DNA of 64,000 bases from contig JAKVOZ010000002.1 of assembly GCA_022482545.1 (NCBI GenBank), forward strand, positions 66,473 to 130,472, read 5' to 3'. Of the stretch, positions 40,622-50,550 are shown in pieces. The DNA comes from Bacteroidales bacterium. Lineage in GTDB: Bacteria > Bacteroidota > Bacteroidia > Bacteroidales > P3. Each line of letters opens with the position of its first letter. Positions within the stretch are counted from its first letter, which is position 1. Both the position numbers and the translations under genes were made by a program. The notes under the pieces are model-generated. The model saw only the letters and a list, made by a program, of their open reading frames with translations. It made no database searches and had not been told where the DNA came from.

Positions 40622-42469
40622 ATGACAGTAAAAGATGTTATAAAGAAAGAAGATGTTGTTGTAAAATTTGTCGGCGATAGTGGCGACGGAATGCAACTAA
40701 CAGGCACACTCTTCTCTGATACCTCAGCTTTGGATGGTAATGATATTGCAACATTTCCAGACTATCCTGCTGAGATAAGAGCTCCTCATAATACAGTTTC
40801 AGGAGTATCAGGATTCCAAGTGCATATAGGAAAAAAGATTTATTCTTCTGGAGATAAGGCAGATGTACTTGTTTCAATGAATCCAGCTTCTTTGAAAGCC
40901 AATTTAAAATGGGCAAAAATAGGTGGAACAATCATTGTTGATGCAGATACGTTTGTTGAGGAAGCAATAGAGAAAGCAGGTTACAAACAAAATCCTTTGA
41001 CTGACGATAGCTTATCAAGTTATAATGTTGTCAAAGCTCCAATAACAAAACTTACGATAGAAGCAGTTAAAGATATCTTCCCAGATCGTAAGAGCCAAGA
41101 AAGATGCAGAAATATGTTTGCCTTAGGAATGATATTCTTCATTTTCGGAAAGGATTTGAAACATACTGATGAATATTTGGAGAAGAAGTTCAAAGGAAAA
41201 GATGCAGTCATAGATGCAAATAAGAAAGTGGTTAGAGCAGGTTATAATTTCTGTGAGAATACAGATGAACAAGAAAGACCACTTCCAAAAGTAGAAGTTG
41301 CAGAGGCTGATATGGAGAAAGGAAAATATAGAAATATTACAGGAAACATAGCAACAGCTTGGGGATTGTTAGCAGCATCAGAAAAAGCAGGCATTCCATT
41401 GTTTCTTGGTTCTTATCCTATCACACCAGCAACAGATATATTGGTAGAACTTTGCAAAAGAAAATCATTGGGAGCAAGAGTATTTCAAGCAGAAGATGAG
41501 ATAGCAGGTATATGTTCAGCAATAGGTGCATCATTTGCAGGAGCAATGGCATGTACTTCAACATCTGGTCCAGGACTTTCATTAAAGAGTGAAGCAATAG
41601 GGTTGGCTGTTATGTTGGAGTTGCCACTTATCGTTGTAGATGTACAAAGAGGTGGTCCATCAACAGGACTTCCAACAAAGACAGAGCAATCAGACCTTAA
41701 TCAAGCATTGTTTGGAAGAAATGGAGAAGCACCATGTATTGTTATAGCAAGTAGTTCTTCTGCAAATTGTTTCAATTGGGCTTTTGAAGCAGCTAAGTTG
41801 TCTTTGGAAAATATGACACCAGTTATCCTTCTTTCAGATGGTTATCTTGGAAATGGTTCTCAATTGTTTAGAATACCAAAGATGTCAGAGTTTCCTAAGA
41901 TTAATCCACCGTTTGCAACACCTAACGACCCTAATTATGCACCATATCGTAGAGATCCAAAGACACTTGTTCGTCAATGGGCAATACCAGGTATGGAAGG
42001 ATTAAGACATAGAATAGGTGGTTTGGAGAAACAAGATATAATAGGAAGTGTTTCAACAGATAATGAGAATCACCAAAAGATGGTTAATTATCGTCAAGAG
42101 AAAGTTAATCGTATAGCAGATAGATTACCACTTCAACAAGTACAAGGAGATGAAGATGCAGACTTACTTGTTATTGGTTGGGGAGGAACAGCAGGTGCAT
42201 TAACTGGAGCTGTTAAAGAGATGAGAGAAGAAGGAAAGAAAGTCGCTTATACTCATTTCAATTATATTCATCCGCTTCCAAAAAATACAGGAGATATTCT
42301 TAGAAAATATAAGAAGATTGTTGTATGTGAATTGAATATGGGACAATTTGTTAATTATCTTAGAATGAATTTCCAAGGTATTCTTTTCCATCAATATAAT
42401 AAAGTACAAGGACTTCCATTTGAAGTTAGTGAGTTAAAAGAAGAATTTAATAAAATTTTAGGAGAATAA
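40622..42469 (+). CDS. korA: 2-oxoglutarate:ferredoxin oxidoreductase subunit alpha (fused gamma-alpha)
   Basis: 615 aa, FVGDSGDGMQLTG, GSYPITPATDI. Followed by the TPP-binding beta subunit. Confidence 0.88.
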   Translation: MTVKDVIKKEDVVVKFVGDSGDGMQLTGTLFSDTSALDGNDIATFPDYPAEIRAPHNTVSGVSGFQVHIGKKIYSSGDKADVLVSMNPASLKANLKWAKIGGTIIVDADTFVEEAIEKAGYKQNPLTDDSLSSYNVVKAPITKLTIEAVKDIFPDRKSQERCRNMFALGMIFFIFGKDLKHTDEYLEKKFKGKDAVIDANKKVVRAGYNFCENTDEQERPLPKVEVAEADMEKGKYRNITGNIATAWGLLAASEKAGIPLFLGSYPITPATDILVELCKRKSLGARVFQAEDEIAGICSAIGASFAGAMACTSTSGPGLSLKSEAIGLAVMLELPLIVVDVQRGGPSTGLPTKTEQSDLNQALFGRNGEAPCIVIASSSSANCFNWAFEAAKLSLENMTPVILLSDGYLGNGSQLFRIPKMSEFPKINPPFATPNDPNYAPYRRDPKTLVRQWAIPGMEGLRHRIGGLEKQDIIGSVSTDNENHQKMVNYRQEKVNRIADRLPLQQVQGDEDADLLVIGWGGTAGALTGAVKEMREEGKKVAYTHFNYIHPLPKNTGDILRKYKKIVVCELNMGQFVNYLRMNFQGILFHQYNKVQGLPFEVSELKEEFNKILGE

Positions 42470-42472
42470 ATC

Positions 42473-43495
42473 ATGATAGAACATTCAAAAGAAAAACTAA
42501 CAAGAGAAGATTTTGCTAATAATCAATTAGTAAAGTGGTGCCCAGGTTGTGGAGACCATTCTATATTAGCATCAGTGTTAAATGTATTTCCTAAAATAGA
42601 TTATAAGAAAGAGAACTTCTGTATTGTTTCTGGTATAGGTTGTTCATCTCGTTTTCCATATTATGTAAATACTTATGGATTTCACGGTATTCACGGTCGT
42701 CCAGCTGCTATTGCAACAGGAGTTAAGATAGCTAATCCACATCTTTCTGTTTGGATAACGGCAGGTGATGGAGATTCTACTGCAATAGGTGGTAATCACT
42801 TTATGCATATCATAAGAAGGAATATGGATGTTAATCTTATTATGTTTAACAACCGTATCTATGGTTTAACAAAAGGACAATATTCTCCAACAACAAAACA
42901 AGGACAGATAACTAAGACATCACCTTTTGGTGTTATAGATTATCAATTGAATCCAGGAGAATTAGTTCTTGGTGTTAGAGGAACATTCTTTGCGAGAGCT
43001 ATTGACAATCAACCACAAACATTGCAAATGGTTTGTGAAAGAATGGCAGCACATGATGGAACAAGTGTTGTAGAAGTTCTTCAAAATTGTGTTATCTTTA
43101 ATAATGGTACACACAAAGAAGTTACAGACAAAGAGGTTAGAGATGATAGACAACTTTGGCTTGAAAACGGCAAACCAATGATATTTGGTAAGAACAGAGA
43201 CAAAGGTATTGTTCTTCGTGGTACTAAGTTTGAAGTTGTAACAATAGGAGAGAATGGAATAACTGAAAAAGATATTCTTGTTCATGATGAAACGACAGAA
43301 GATACTGGCATTCATATTATGTTAGCTCAAATGCGTCCACCAGAATTTCCTATGGCTTTTGGTGTAATTCGTGCAGTTAAGAAGCCAACTTACAACCAAA
43401 TGTTTGAACAACAAATGAAAGAACAACAAGAGTCTTCTCCAATAAAATGTGTTGATGACTTATTAAATAGTGGTGAAACTTGGACAGTAGCTTAA
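42473..43495 (+). CDS. korB: 2-oxoglutarate:ferredoxin oxidoreductase subunit beta
   Basis: 340 aa, WCPGCGDH, GDGDSTAIGGNHF, NNRIYGLTKGQ. Confidence 0.9.
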   Translation: MIEHSKEKLTREDFANNQLVKWCPGCGDHSILASVLNVFPKIDYKKENFCIVSGIGCSSRFPYYVNTYGFHGIHGRPAAIATGVKIANPHLSVWITAGDGDSTAIGGNHFMHIIRRNMDVNLIMFNNRIYGLTKGQYSPTTKQGQITKTSPFGVIDYQLNPGELVLGVRGTFFARAIDNQPQTLQMVCERMAAHDGTSVVEVLQNCVIFNNGTHKEVTDKEVRDDRQLWLENGKPMIFGKNRDKGIVLRGTKFEVVTIGENGITEKDILVHDETTEDTGIHIMLAQMRPPEFPMAFGVIRAVKKPTYNQMFEQQMKEQQESSPIKCVDDLLNSGETWTVA

Positions 43496-43527
43496 TTGAA
43501 TAAGTAAAATAGTTTCATTAAATAAAT

Positions 43528-43570
43528 GAAAGGGCTTTTCTATAATTAGATAAGTCCTTTTCTTTTTTTC
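43528..43570 (+). terminator. intrinsic terminator after korB
   Basis: About 10-bp stem GAAAGGGCTT/AAGTCCTTTT (with G-U pairs), then a T-run. Confidence 0.55.
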
Positions 43571-43659
43571 TATAAAAGATCTAATAAGCAGTATATTTTT
43601 TGTGCTAAGATATTAAGACAAGAAAACACTAACAAAACATTTAGTAATAATTTTTTCAT
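43570..43659 (-). CDS. 29-aa signal-peptide-like mini-ORF (gene remnant or small peptide)
   Basis: Manual translation MKKLLLNVLLVFSCLNILAQKIYCLLDLL*. A TATCTTTG box lies 24 nt upstream. Confidence 0.2.
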   Translation of the reverse strand: MKKLLLNVLLVFSCLNILAQKIYCLLDLL

Positions 43660-43682
43660 AATAAACGTTATTTCATTTTTTG

Positions 43683-43690
43683 CAAAGATA
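43683..43690 (-). promoter_or_regulatory. candidate -7 box TATCTTTG
   Basis: Plus-strand CAAAGATA. Only the mini-ORF lies downstream. Confidence 0.3.
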
Positions 43691-43712
43691 AATAATTTAC
43701 AGAAAAGGACAA

Positions 43713-43752
43713 CAAAAAAAAGAGTTCTACTTTTGTAGAACTCTTTTTTTTA
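43713..43752. terminator. bidirectional intrinsic terminator (3' end of the OmpA-family gene)
   Basis: Perfect 10-bp stem AGAGTTCTAC/GTAGAACTCT, TTTT loop, flanked by A8 and T8 runs. Confidence 0.8.
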
Positions 43753-43773
43753 GATTATTAAATTATTAAGTTG

Positions 43774-45018
43774 TTATTGAATAACAGCAACTCTATTTAA
43801 GTATGCTTTGCCTTCAAATGGTTGAACACCGCATCCTTTATAATCTATTTTTAATTTACTCTTATCAACGCCTTCGTTTACTAATGCATTGTAAACACTT
43901 TCAGCACGTTTTTGAGAAAGCTCTAAGTTTCCTTCTTCTGTACCTGTTTGTTTATCTGCATATCCAGTGATAGTAAATACTTTATCTTTGCTTGAAGCTT
44001 TGATAGCATTAGCAAGGAATTTAACATTAATAGTATTCTTATCAGAGATTTTAGCACTGTTGATAGGGAAGAAAATACTTAAACTAACATCATTGTTTGT
44101 CATAGCAGGAGTTTGTTTTGCTGCTTTTTGTAAAGCCTCATTTTTAGCTCTTGTTTCATCATCTAATGCTTGTTTGTACTTGTCTAATTGTTTTTGATAT
44201 TCACTATTTTGATCTTGTGCACTTTGTAAGTCTTTTTCTAATCCGCTAATTTTGTTATCATAAGCAGATTTGTCAAAATAATTGAAATCTCTCTTAGTTG
44301 GGAATCTGTAAGTAAGACCAGCTGTTGCTGAAAGGATATTTCCTATTTTATCATTTACAACTGCTCCACGTTCATCTGAATTATCAAACATTTGACGAAC
44401 AAGGATATCTCTAAATTCTAAGTTAATGCTCCATGCATCACAAAGACGGAATCTGTTTAACAAACCAACAGGCATTGCCCATTCGTTGTTATGTCCGCTA
44501 TATGCATAATCATCATTACCTTTTGATGAATTAGCATAACCAACTCCTACAAAAGCAATAGCATTGTAGAATCTATCAGCTTTGTATCCACAAATCCAGT
44601 TTGTTAAATTCATTAAGAAGTCTCCATGAATAACAAAATAATTTACTTTGTTTTCTGTGCCATCTTCATTATTATTAACTTGATCTGTCTTTGTTAAAAA
44701 GTAATTTGTGAAGTTTAATCCAGCAAAACCTAATCTAACTCCAAATACAGGAGTTATCCATTTTGTAAGATAAGCATCAACATCTAATGTGAAATCTTTA
44801 CCAAATCCTTGTGGATTTAACTTAACTCCATCTTTTTTGTTTGGAAGTTTATACATTGTTTGAACACCTGCATCAGCAGAAAGCTCCCAATTGTCAATGA
44901 AACGATTTGTTTCAAAGTGGTTGAATCTTACTTTACTTGTAGTCTGAGTATTGTCAGTTTGAGCAAACATTGCTCCTGCTGATAACATCAAAGCTAGTGT
45001 AATAACTAATTTTTTCAT
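43774..45018 (-). CDS. OmpA-family outer membrane protein (beta-barrel + coiled coil + OmpA_C)
   Basis: 414 aa. Signal peptide, C-terminal GYADKQTGTEEGNLELSQKRAESV peptidoglycan-binding motif. Confidence 0.88.
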   Translation of the reverse strand: MKKLVITLALMLSAGAMFAQTDNTQTTSKVRFNHFETNRFIDNWELSADAGVQTMYKLPNKKDGVKLNPQGFGKDFTLDVDAYLTKWITPVFGVRLGFAGLNFTNYFLTKTDQVNNNEDGTENKVNYFVIHGDFLMNLTNWICGYKADRFYNAIAFVGVGYANSSKGNDDYAYSGHNNEWAMPVGLLNRFRLCDAWSINLEFRDILVRQMFDNSDERGAVVNDKIGNILSATAGLTYRFPTKRDFNYFDKSAYDNKISGLEKDLQSAQDQNSEYQKQLDKYKQALDDETRAKNEALQKAAKQTPAMTNNDVSLSIFFPINSAKISDKNTINVKFLANAIKASSKDKVFTITGYADKQTGTEEGNLELSQKRAESVYNALVNEGVDKSKLKIDYKGCGVQPFEGKAYLNRVAVIQ

Positions 45019-45076
45019 AACTTTTATAATTTAAATTAATAATCTGTTACTCTGTAAATTTTATACATTTTAACGG

Positions 45077-45084
45077 CAAAATTA
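45077..45084 (-). promoter_or_regulatory. candidate -7 box TAATTTTG
   Basis: Plus-strand CAAAATTA, 59 nt upstream of the ATG at 45018. Confidence 0.4.
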
Positions 45085-45212
45085 CAAAAAAGTTTCATAC
45101 AAGCCAAGAAAATATCAAAAAAAGTAATTATTTATATTTTTTACTAATATTTTTTTCTAAAATAAAAATACTTTTATGCCGTTATATAAAACAAAAATAT
45201 AAAAAATTAAAT

Positions 45213-47330
45213 ATGAGAAAAACAATTAGTATTAGTTTTGTGTTGATAGCATTACTTATAAGTAATATTTCGTTTTCACAAGTAACTAAATCTGTTTTAA
45301 AACAGAAAAAACAAGCTCTTTTAGAACAAAGAGAGAAAATGTCAAGCAAGGAAATTGCAGACTATTATCAAAAAACATCAAAGCGTATTCCAAATATGTT
45401 TGATGCTAATAATATGAAATCTCTTGTTAAGAAAAACACAATAGGAGAAAATACTTTAAAATCATCACTTGCTGTTCCTTCAGATATGATATATCCAATA
45501 GAGAGTGATGAAGTTCAAGCAATATTAATGACTTGGATATATGATACACGAACATTGAGTGGAGCCTATGCTGAACAACTTTTTGATGGTTGGGGTGTCC
45601 CTTATAACGGTGGCTATGCTTTGCAACAGGTGGTAAGTGCTCCTGATGTGGCATCAAATAGTGATTATGCAAAACTTTTTGCTCGCTTGGCTAATGGCAT
45701 ACAACAACACGCACAAGTATGGATTGATGTATGGGCTGCTGAAGATACAACAACAATAAAAAACTATATGACTAACAGAGGAACTCCTCTAACAAATTAT
45801 CGTTTCTTTATTCACCCAGGTAATTCTTTCTGGTATAGAGATTGCGGACCTGTGGCATTCTATTATGGAGATAATGATAATATTGCTTTTATGGATTTTG
45901 AATATTATGGAGGAAGACCATTAGATGACAATATTCCAGTTGCTATTGCTCATGATTTGGGATACCCTGTTTATACAAATACAATAGAATATGAAGGAGG
46001 AAATATTCTTCTTGATGGAAAAGGAACATTATTTACTTCTTCTGCCGTATATTCAAACAATCAAGACCAATATGGTTTGTATATTAAGGATTCAACTCAA
46101 ACTAATGGCTATTATGTCCAAACAAAAACAGCACTAACACAAGCACAAGTAAATGATAGTCTTTCTCATCTATTAAATCTTACTCGTTGCACTGTTTTGC
46201 CTGCTCTTCAATATGATGGAGGAACAGGACATATAGACCTTTATGCTGATATGTGGGAAGAGACAGGTATTGTTGCTTCAAAATATCCTGCAATTCTATC
46301 ATCAACATCTGATGCAAAAAGAGTAGAAAGCAATTTGGATACAATGATGTCAAAAAAGACAATATTCAATAAAGGATATTCAAGTATTAGAATACCACTT
46401 CCAGCAAAGAATGATGGTTCTTGGTATTCTACTTTAAGTGATTACAATACCAATTACACACGTTCATTCTCTAATCATACGTTTGTAAATGATGCAATAA
46501 TGCAACCGGTGTTCTATGATACGACATTAAGTGGCACAAACAAAGGAGATGTATCAGGAAACAAGAATGCGATGAAGATATTTGCTGATTGCTACCCTGG
46601 TTATAAGTTAGAACAAATAGATGTTAGAGCATTTGATGGATTTGGAGGAGCATTGCATTGTATCACTAAGCAAATACCAGCAGAGAATCCTATTAGAATT
46701 TATCACGATCCTATTCATTGGTTAAACACAACAAATATCAATACTCCACAAGTTGCTCTTAATATTATTTCTCAAAATCATAGCGGAATAAATAATGTTA
46801 AGGTTTATTACAAGAGAGCATCTGAATCAACATGGAATGAATCAACTGCAACATTATTATCAAATAATATGTATCAAGGAAGTGTTACTATTGACTTAAA
46901 TACAACAAGAGATACCTTATATTATTATATATCATCAACAAGTAATAATGGCAAAACAATAACAAAACCAATGACAGCTCCACAAGGATATTATAAATTG
47001 GTTTATGGAAGAGATGTTAGTGGAATAAGTCAAGGTGAGATATATTCTTCAATTTGTTGTCAAGTAAGTCAAAAAGAATTGCAAGGAATAGGACAAATTT
47101 ATCCTAATCCAACAAACAATGAGGCTAAAATCAATCTTTCTCAATCATTGAGTAGCAACCTTATTTATAAGATAGTAAATCTTAAAGGACAAGTAGTAAG
47201 ATATGATAAGGTAACAAAAGGAAGTTCTATGATTTCATTGAACGTAGAAAATCTAAAACCAGGTTCATATTGGGTAATCTTCACTGATGGTAACCTATCA
47301 ACAAGTAGACAATTAGTTATCGCTAAATAA
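45213..47330 (+). CDS. secreted agmatine/peptidyl-arginine deiminase family protein (PPAD-like) with T9SS C-terminal domain
   Basis: 705 aa. Signal peptide, guanidino-modifying motifs FWYRDCGP, GGNILLDGKGTLFTS, TGHIDLYADM, GGALHCITKQIP. CTD IYPNPTNNEAKINL...YWVIFTDG...LVIAK. Confidence 0.82.
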   Translation: MRKTISISFVLIALLISNISFSQVTKSVLKQKKQALLEQREKMSSKEIADYYQKTSKRIPNMFDANNMKSLVKKNTIGENTLKSSLAVPSDMIYPIESDEVQAILMTWIYDTRTLSGAYAEQLFDGWGVPYNGGYALQQVVSAPDVASNSDYAKLFARLANGIQQHAQVWIDVWAAEDTTTIKNYMTNRGTPLTNYRFFIHPGNSFWYRDCGPVAFYYGDNDNIAFMDFEYYGGRPLDDNIPVAIAHDLGYPVYTNTIEYEGGNILLDGKGTLFTSSAVYSNNQDQYGLYIKDSTQTNGYYVQTKTALTQAQVNDSLSHLLNLTRCTVLPALQYDGGTGHIDLYADMWEETGIVASKYPAILSSTSDAKRVESNLDTMMSKKTIFNKGYSSIRIPLPAKNDGSWYSTLSDYNTNYTRSFSNHTFVNDAIMQPVFYDTTLSGTNKGDVSGNKNAMKIFADCYPGYKLEQIDVRAFDGFGGALHCITKQIPAENPIRIYHDPIHWLNTTNINTPQVALNIISQNHSGINNVKVYYKRASESTWNESTATLLSNNMYQGSVTIDLNTTRDTLYYYISSTSNNGKTITKPMTAPQGYYKLVYGRDVSGISQGEIYSSICCQVSQKELQGIGQIYPNPTNNEAKINLSQSLSSNLIYKIVNLKGQVVRYDKVTKGSSMISLNVENLKPGSYWVIFTDGNLSTSRQLVIAK

Positions 47331-47350
47331 TTGTAAAAGTATTAATAAAT

Positions 47351-47386
47351 GGAAGAGTGGAAGCAAATAAACTTCCGCTCTTTTTT
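47351..47386 (+). terminator. intrinsic terminator
   Basis: 11-bp stem AAGAGTGGAAG/CTTCCGCTCTT (one G-U pair), 8-nt loop, T-run. Confidence 0.7.
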
Positions 47387-47398
47387 GTATCTATTAAA

Positions 47399-47529
47399 TT
47401 CTTTCTTGATTATAGTAAAATAGTTTTTGATTCTAATAAAATAGTTCTTTATTCTATTTTAACAAAATGGCATTATGTTGGTGATAGAATGGCATTATGT
47501 TGGTGGTAGAATGGCATTATGTTTTAATA
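47399..47529. repeat. composite array: 3 C-units (47399-47463) continuing in phase into 3 B-units (47464-47529)
   Basis: Six consecutive 21-22-bp units, in the spacer between convergent gene ends. Confidence 0.92.
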
Positions 47530-47593
47530 ACTCTTTATTCTAAGTGATTATTATCAAAAAACAATTTACTCAAAAAAGAAAATGATTTACTTT

Positions 47594-49438
47594 TTACTGA
47601 ATCTTATAAAATATCTTGTTGCTATTTGATATTTCAACGCTGACTCTGTCTTCTCTTACGTGGCTTTTGATAAGATATTCTCTAACTTTCTCTGCCGTTT
47701 TCTTATTGCCAAGGATTGCTACTCTCATATAAGCATTCTTGTTTAAGAACATCAAAAATTCATTCAAAGTTTTTATGCTCTCTTGTGTGAAATCGCTATT
47801 GTTGTTATTCAAACTAACTCCATCTAATTCTATCTTCATACCGCTCTCTGTTGGAGATATGTTAAACAATAGACTATCTTTCTCATTATTATTAATAATC
47901 TTATTATAGAAAGGATAACCTTCGGCAGATATTGTGATGAGATAGGAGTCGTTCTCTTTAAGAGCAAGCGAGAAATTGTTGTTGCTTGGATTTATATTAT
48001 ATATAATATAGGAGTCATCGCTAACATCTTTGGCTTTTATCTTTATGTTAATGTTTTCTTCCGCCTTTTCAATTCTACCATTAATCAATCGCATACTCTC
48101 ACTTCTAACATTCTCTGGCAAAGTGAAAAGATTTATTTCAGCGAATTTATTATCTTTGTTTTTGAAAGTAGAATATGCTGTTTTGCCATCAGCCATCACT
48201 CCTATAGAACTTTCATTCTCTTCTGTATTAATAGGATAACCTATGTTTTTTGGTTTATCTTTCTTTTCTATATTCGCAAAAAATATATCGCTTTTGCCAA
48301 TTGTCTTCCATCCATTAGAGAGAAAATATAAGCTTTTGTTGTCTAAGGCAATGAAAGGTGAGGTTTCGTTAAGGAAGGTATTGATATTGTTGCCCATATT
48401 TATTGGTACGCCCCAAGAATTGTCCTTTTCTCTTGAACAATACCATATATCATAACCACCTTTTCCTCCTGGACGATTAGAAACAAAGTATAGAGTGTTG
48501 CCATCAGAAGAAATAGAAGGTGAAAATTCATCATACATAGGAGTATTAATAGAAAGTGGTTTGCTTTCTGACCAATATCCATTAAATTTTTCGCAGTAAT
48601 AAATATCCCAAGAACTATTATCTTTGTCTGTTTGCTCAATAGCGTAGAACAAAAGGTTGTTGTCTGGTGTTATACTCACTCTTGATTCTCTTTTTCCGCT
48701 ATTAAAAGGGGCATCACACGCAAATCCTCTATCATATATTCCATCACTATCAATCTTAGACACACACATCTCATTCTTACTCGTTGTACTAATCTTTGAA
48801 ATAAAACTATCCATATTGGTATCTGTTGTAATATTGTTGCGAATGAAGTAAATCTCACTATTATCATAGCAAATGAATGGTTCGTAATAGTTCATATTTG
48901 GTGCTAAGTATTGAATCTTAGTTGGCGAAAACTCAACTTTGTTTTCTAATGTTTGATGAAGAAAATTGCTCCAATCAATATAATTTATTGCAACGTTTTG
49001 TAGAGAATCGTAATAGTTGATACCTTCTGATAAGTTAAGAAAAGTTTCAAAGTTTTTTTGAGCTTTCTCGTAGTGTTCATTAGTATAGTCAAGCATTCCT
49101 AAGTAATAGAACAACAAAGGGTGCGAAAATTCTGGACAAATCTCAATAACCTTAGGAAAATATTTCTCAATCATTGTTATGTTGTCTTTATTAACGCCAA
49201 TCATTCCTAAAAGGAAATAAGCAGAAGCAAAGTTATCTTCTGTTTTAATAATGTTTTGCAATAAAGAAGAAGCTTTTTGATATTTTCTATCTTTGAATAA
49301 ATCAAAAGCTTCTTCGTATTTTTTTATGCTACTCTTTGAAATATCGTCCTTACAATTGTCATAATCCAAAATTTTCTTGTTTTGGGCAATAGATATTATG
49401 CTTAAACAACAACAAAAAAACAAAGCAAGGACTTTCAT
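47594..49438 (-). CDS. TPR + PD40 (TolB-like beta-propeller) repeat protein with degenerate OmpA-like C-terminus
   Basis: 614 aa. Signal peptide, TPR region, PD40 motifs (SITPDNNLLFYA, PSISSDGNTLYFVSNRPGGKGGYDIWY). Confidence 0.75.
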   Translation of the reverse strand: MKVLALFFCCCLSIISIAQNKKILDYDNCKDDISKSSIKKYEEAFDLFKDRKYQKASSLLQNIIKTEDNFASAYFLLGMIGVNKDNITMIEKYFPKVIEICPEFSHPLLFYYLGMLDYTNEHYEKAQKNFETFLNLSEGINYYDSLQNVAINYIDWSNFLHQTLENKVEFSPTKIQYLAPNMNYYEPFICYDNSEIYFIRNNITTDTNMDSFISKISTTSKNEMCVSKIDSDGIYDRGFACDAPFNSGKRESRVSITPDNNLLFYAIEQTDKDNSSWDIYYCEKFNGYWSESKPLSINTPMYDEFSPSISSDGNTLYFVSNRPGGKGGYDIWYCSREKDNSWGVPINMGNNINTFLNETSPFIALDNKSLYFLSNGWKTIGKSDIFFANIEKKDKPKNIGYPINTEENESSIGVMADGKTAYSTFKNKDNKFAEINLFTLPENVRSESMRLINGRIEKAEENINIKIKAKDVSDDSYIIYNINPSNNNFSLALKENDSYLITISAEGYPFYNKIINNNEKDSLLFNISPTESGMKIELDGVSLNNNNSDFTQESIKTLNEFLMFLNKNAYMRVAILGNKKTAEKVREYLIKSHVREDRVSVEISNSNKIFYKIQ

Positions 49439-49444
49439 TTGTTA

Positions 49445-49855
49445 TTAAGATTTTTCCAAGCTTAACTTTATGGTATCCATCAAGCGATTTAATCCATCTT
49501 CTACTTGCTTTTTGAACATCATAAACATCATTGGATTGCATTTAATCATACATTTAGCATTCAATAAGCAACCTTCATCTTCTTTATCAAGCAATAGGTT
49601 CAATGAAAAAGATATTCCGCCAACAATTTCTTTGCTACTTGATATTATTATTGAAGAATAAGGAGTACAAGATTCTATTTTCAACTCAATTTCTGCCATA
49701 TTATTAACAGAAAAAGAGCAAGTATCTTTGGTTGCTTTAAAATCTTTTACTTTATCATTTGGTATGTAATGAAAATTTGTAAAATCTGAAAGAGTATTAT
49801 ATACTATTTCAATTGGTTTTTCTATTTTTACTCTCTTAGTTTCTATTTCTTTCAT
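49445..49855 (-). CDS. hypothetical protein (possibly SRPBCC/START-like fold)
   Basis: 136 aa, packed 6 nt from its neighbours in a same-strand run. The fold guess is weak. Confidence 0.55.
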   Translation of the reverse strand: MKEIETKRVKIEKPIEIVYNTLSDFTNFHYIPNDKVKDFKATKDTCSFSVNNMAEIELKIESCTPYSSIIISSSKEIVGGISFSLNLLLDKEDEGCLLNAKCMIKCNPMMFMMFKKQVEDGLNRLMDTIKLSLEKS

Positions 49856-49863
49856 AGTCTTTT

Positions 49864-50514
49864 TTACAAATTTATTCTATCATCACTCCATTTCTCAGGA
49901 TTTTCTCTCCAATCATTCAAAGACATTATATCTTTGTCAGAAATATAGTGCTCATCAATTGCTGTTTGTATTAATGTAGAATAGTTTGTTAAAGTATTCA
50001 AAGAAACATTCTTGTCAATAAAGTTTTGCTTTGCTACTTCTAATTCATAAGTAAAGATAGCCACCATTCCTTTTACTATACAGCCTTCTTCTCTTAATGA
50101 ATCAACAACTTCCAAACTGCTTTTGCCTGTTGATATTAAGTCTTCAATAACAACAACACTTTGTCCGCTTTTCAAATCTCCTTCAATCTTGTTTTTCAAT
50201 CCGTGTTTTTTTGCTTCTGGTCTAACATAAGCAAATGGTTTTCCTAAATCTTGTGCAACCAAAACTCCTTGTGCTATTCCACCTGTTGCTACTCCAACAA
50301 TAGCATCAATATCTCCAAATATTTCATTTATTGTGGATACGAATTGTTGTCTAATAAACGTTCTTATTTCAGGATAAGATAATGTTATTCTGTTGTCGCA
50401 GTAAATTGGAGACTTTCTTCCTGAAGCCCATGTGAAAGGATTCTCAGCATTTAACTTTACTGCCTTAACTTGTAAAAGACATCTGGCAGTCTCTATGGCG
50501 TTTTCTTTATTCAT
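49864..50514 (-). CDS. pyrE: orotate phosphoribosyltransferase
   Basis: 216 aa, FTWASGRKSPIYCDNR, PRPP loop VVVIEDLISTGKSS. Confidence 0.92.
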   Translation of the reverse strand: MNKENAIETARCLLQVKAVKLNAENPFTWASGRKSPIYCDNRITLSYPEIRTFIRQQFVSTINEIFGDIDAIVGVATGGIAQGVLVAQDLGKPFAYVRPEAKKHGLKNKIEGDLKSGQSVVVIEDLISTGKSSLEVVDSLREEGCIVKGMVAIFTYELEVAKQNFIDKNVSLNTLTNYSTLIQTAIDEHYISDKDIMSLNDWRENPEKWSDDRINL

Positions 50515-50550
50515 TGTTTTATTTAATGATTAATAAAATTCATTTTAATT

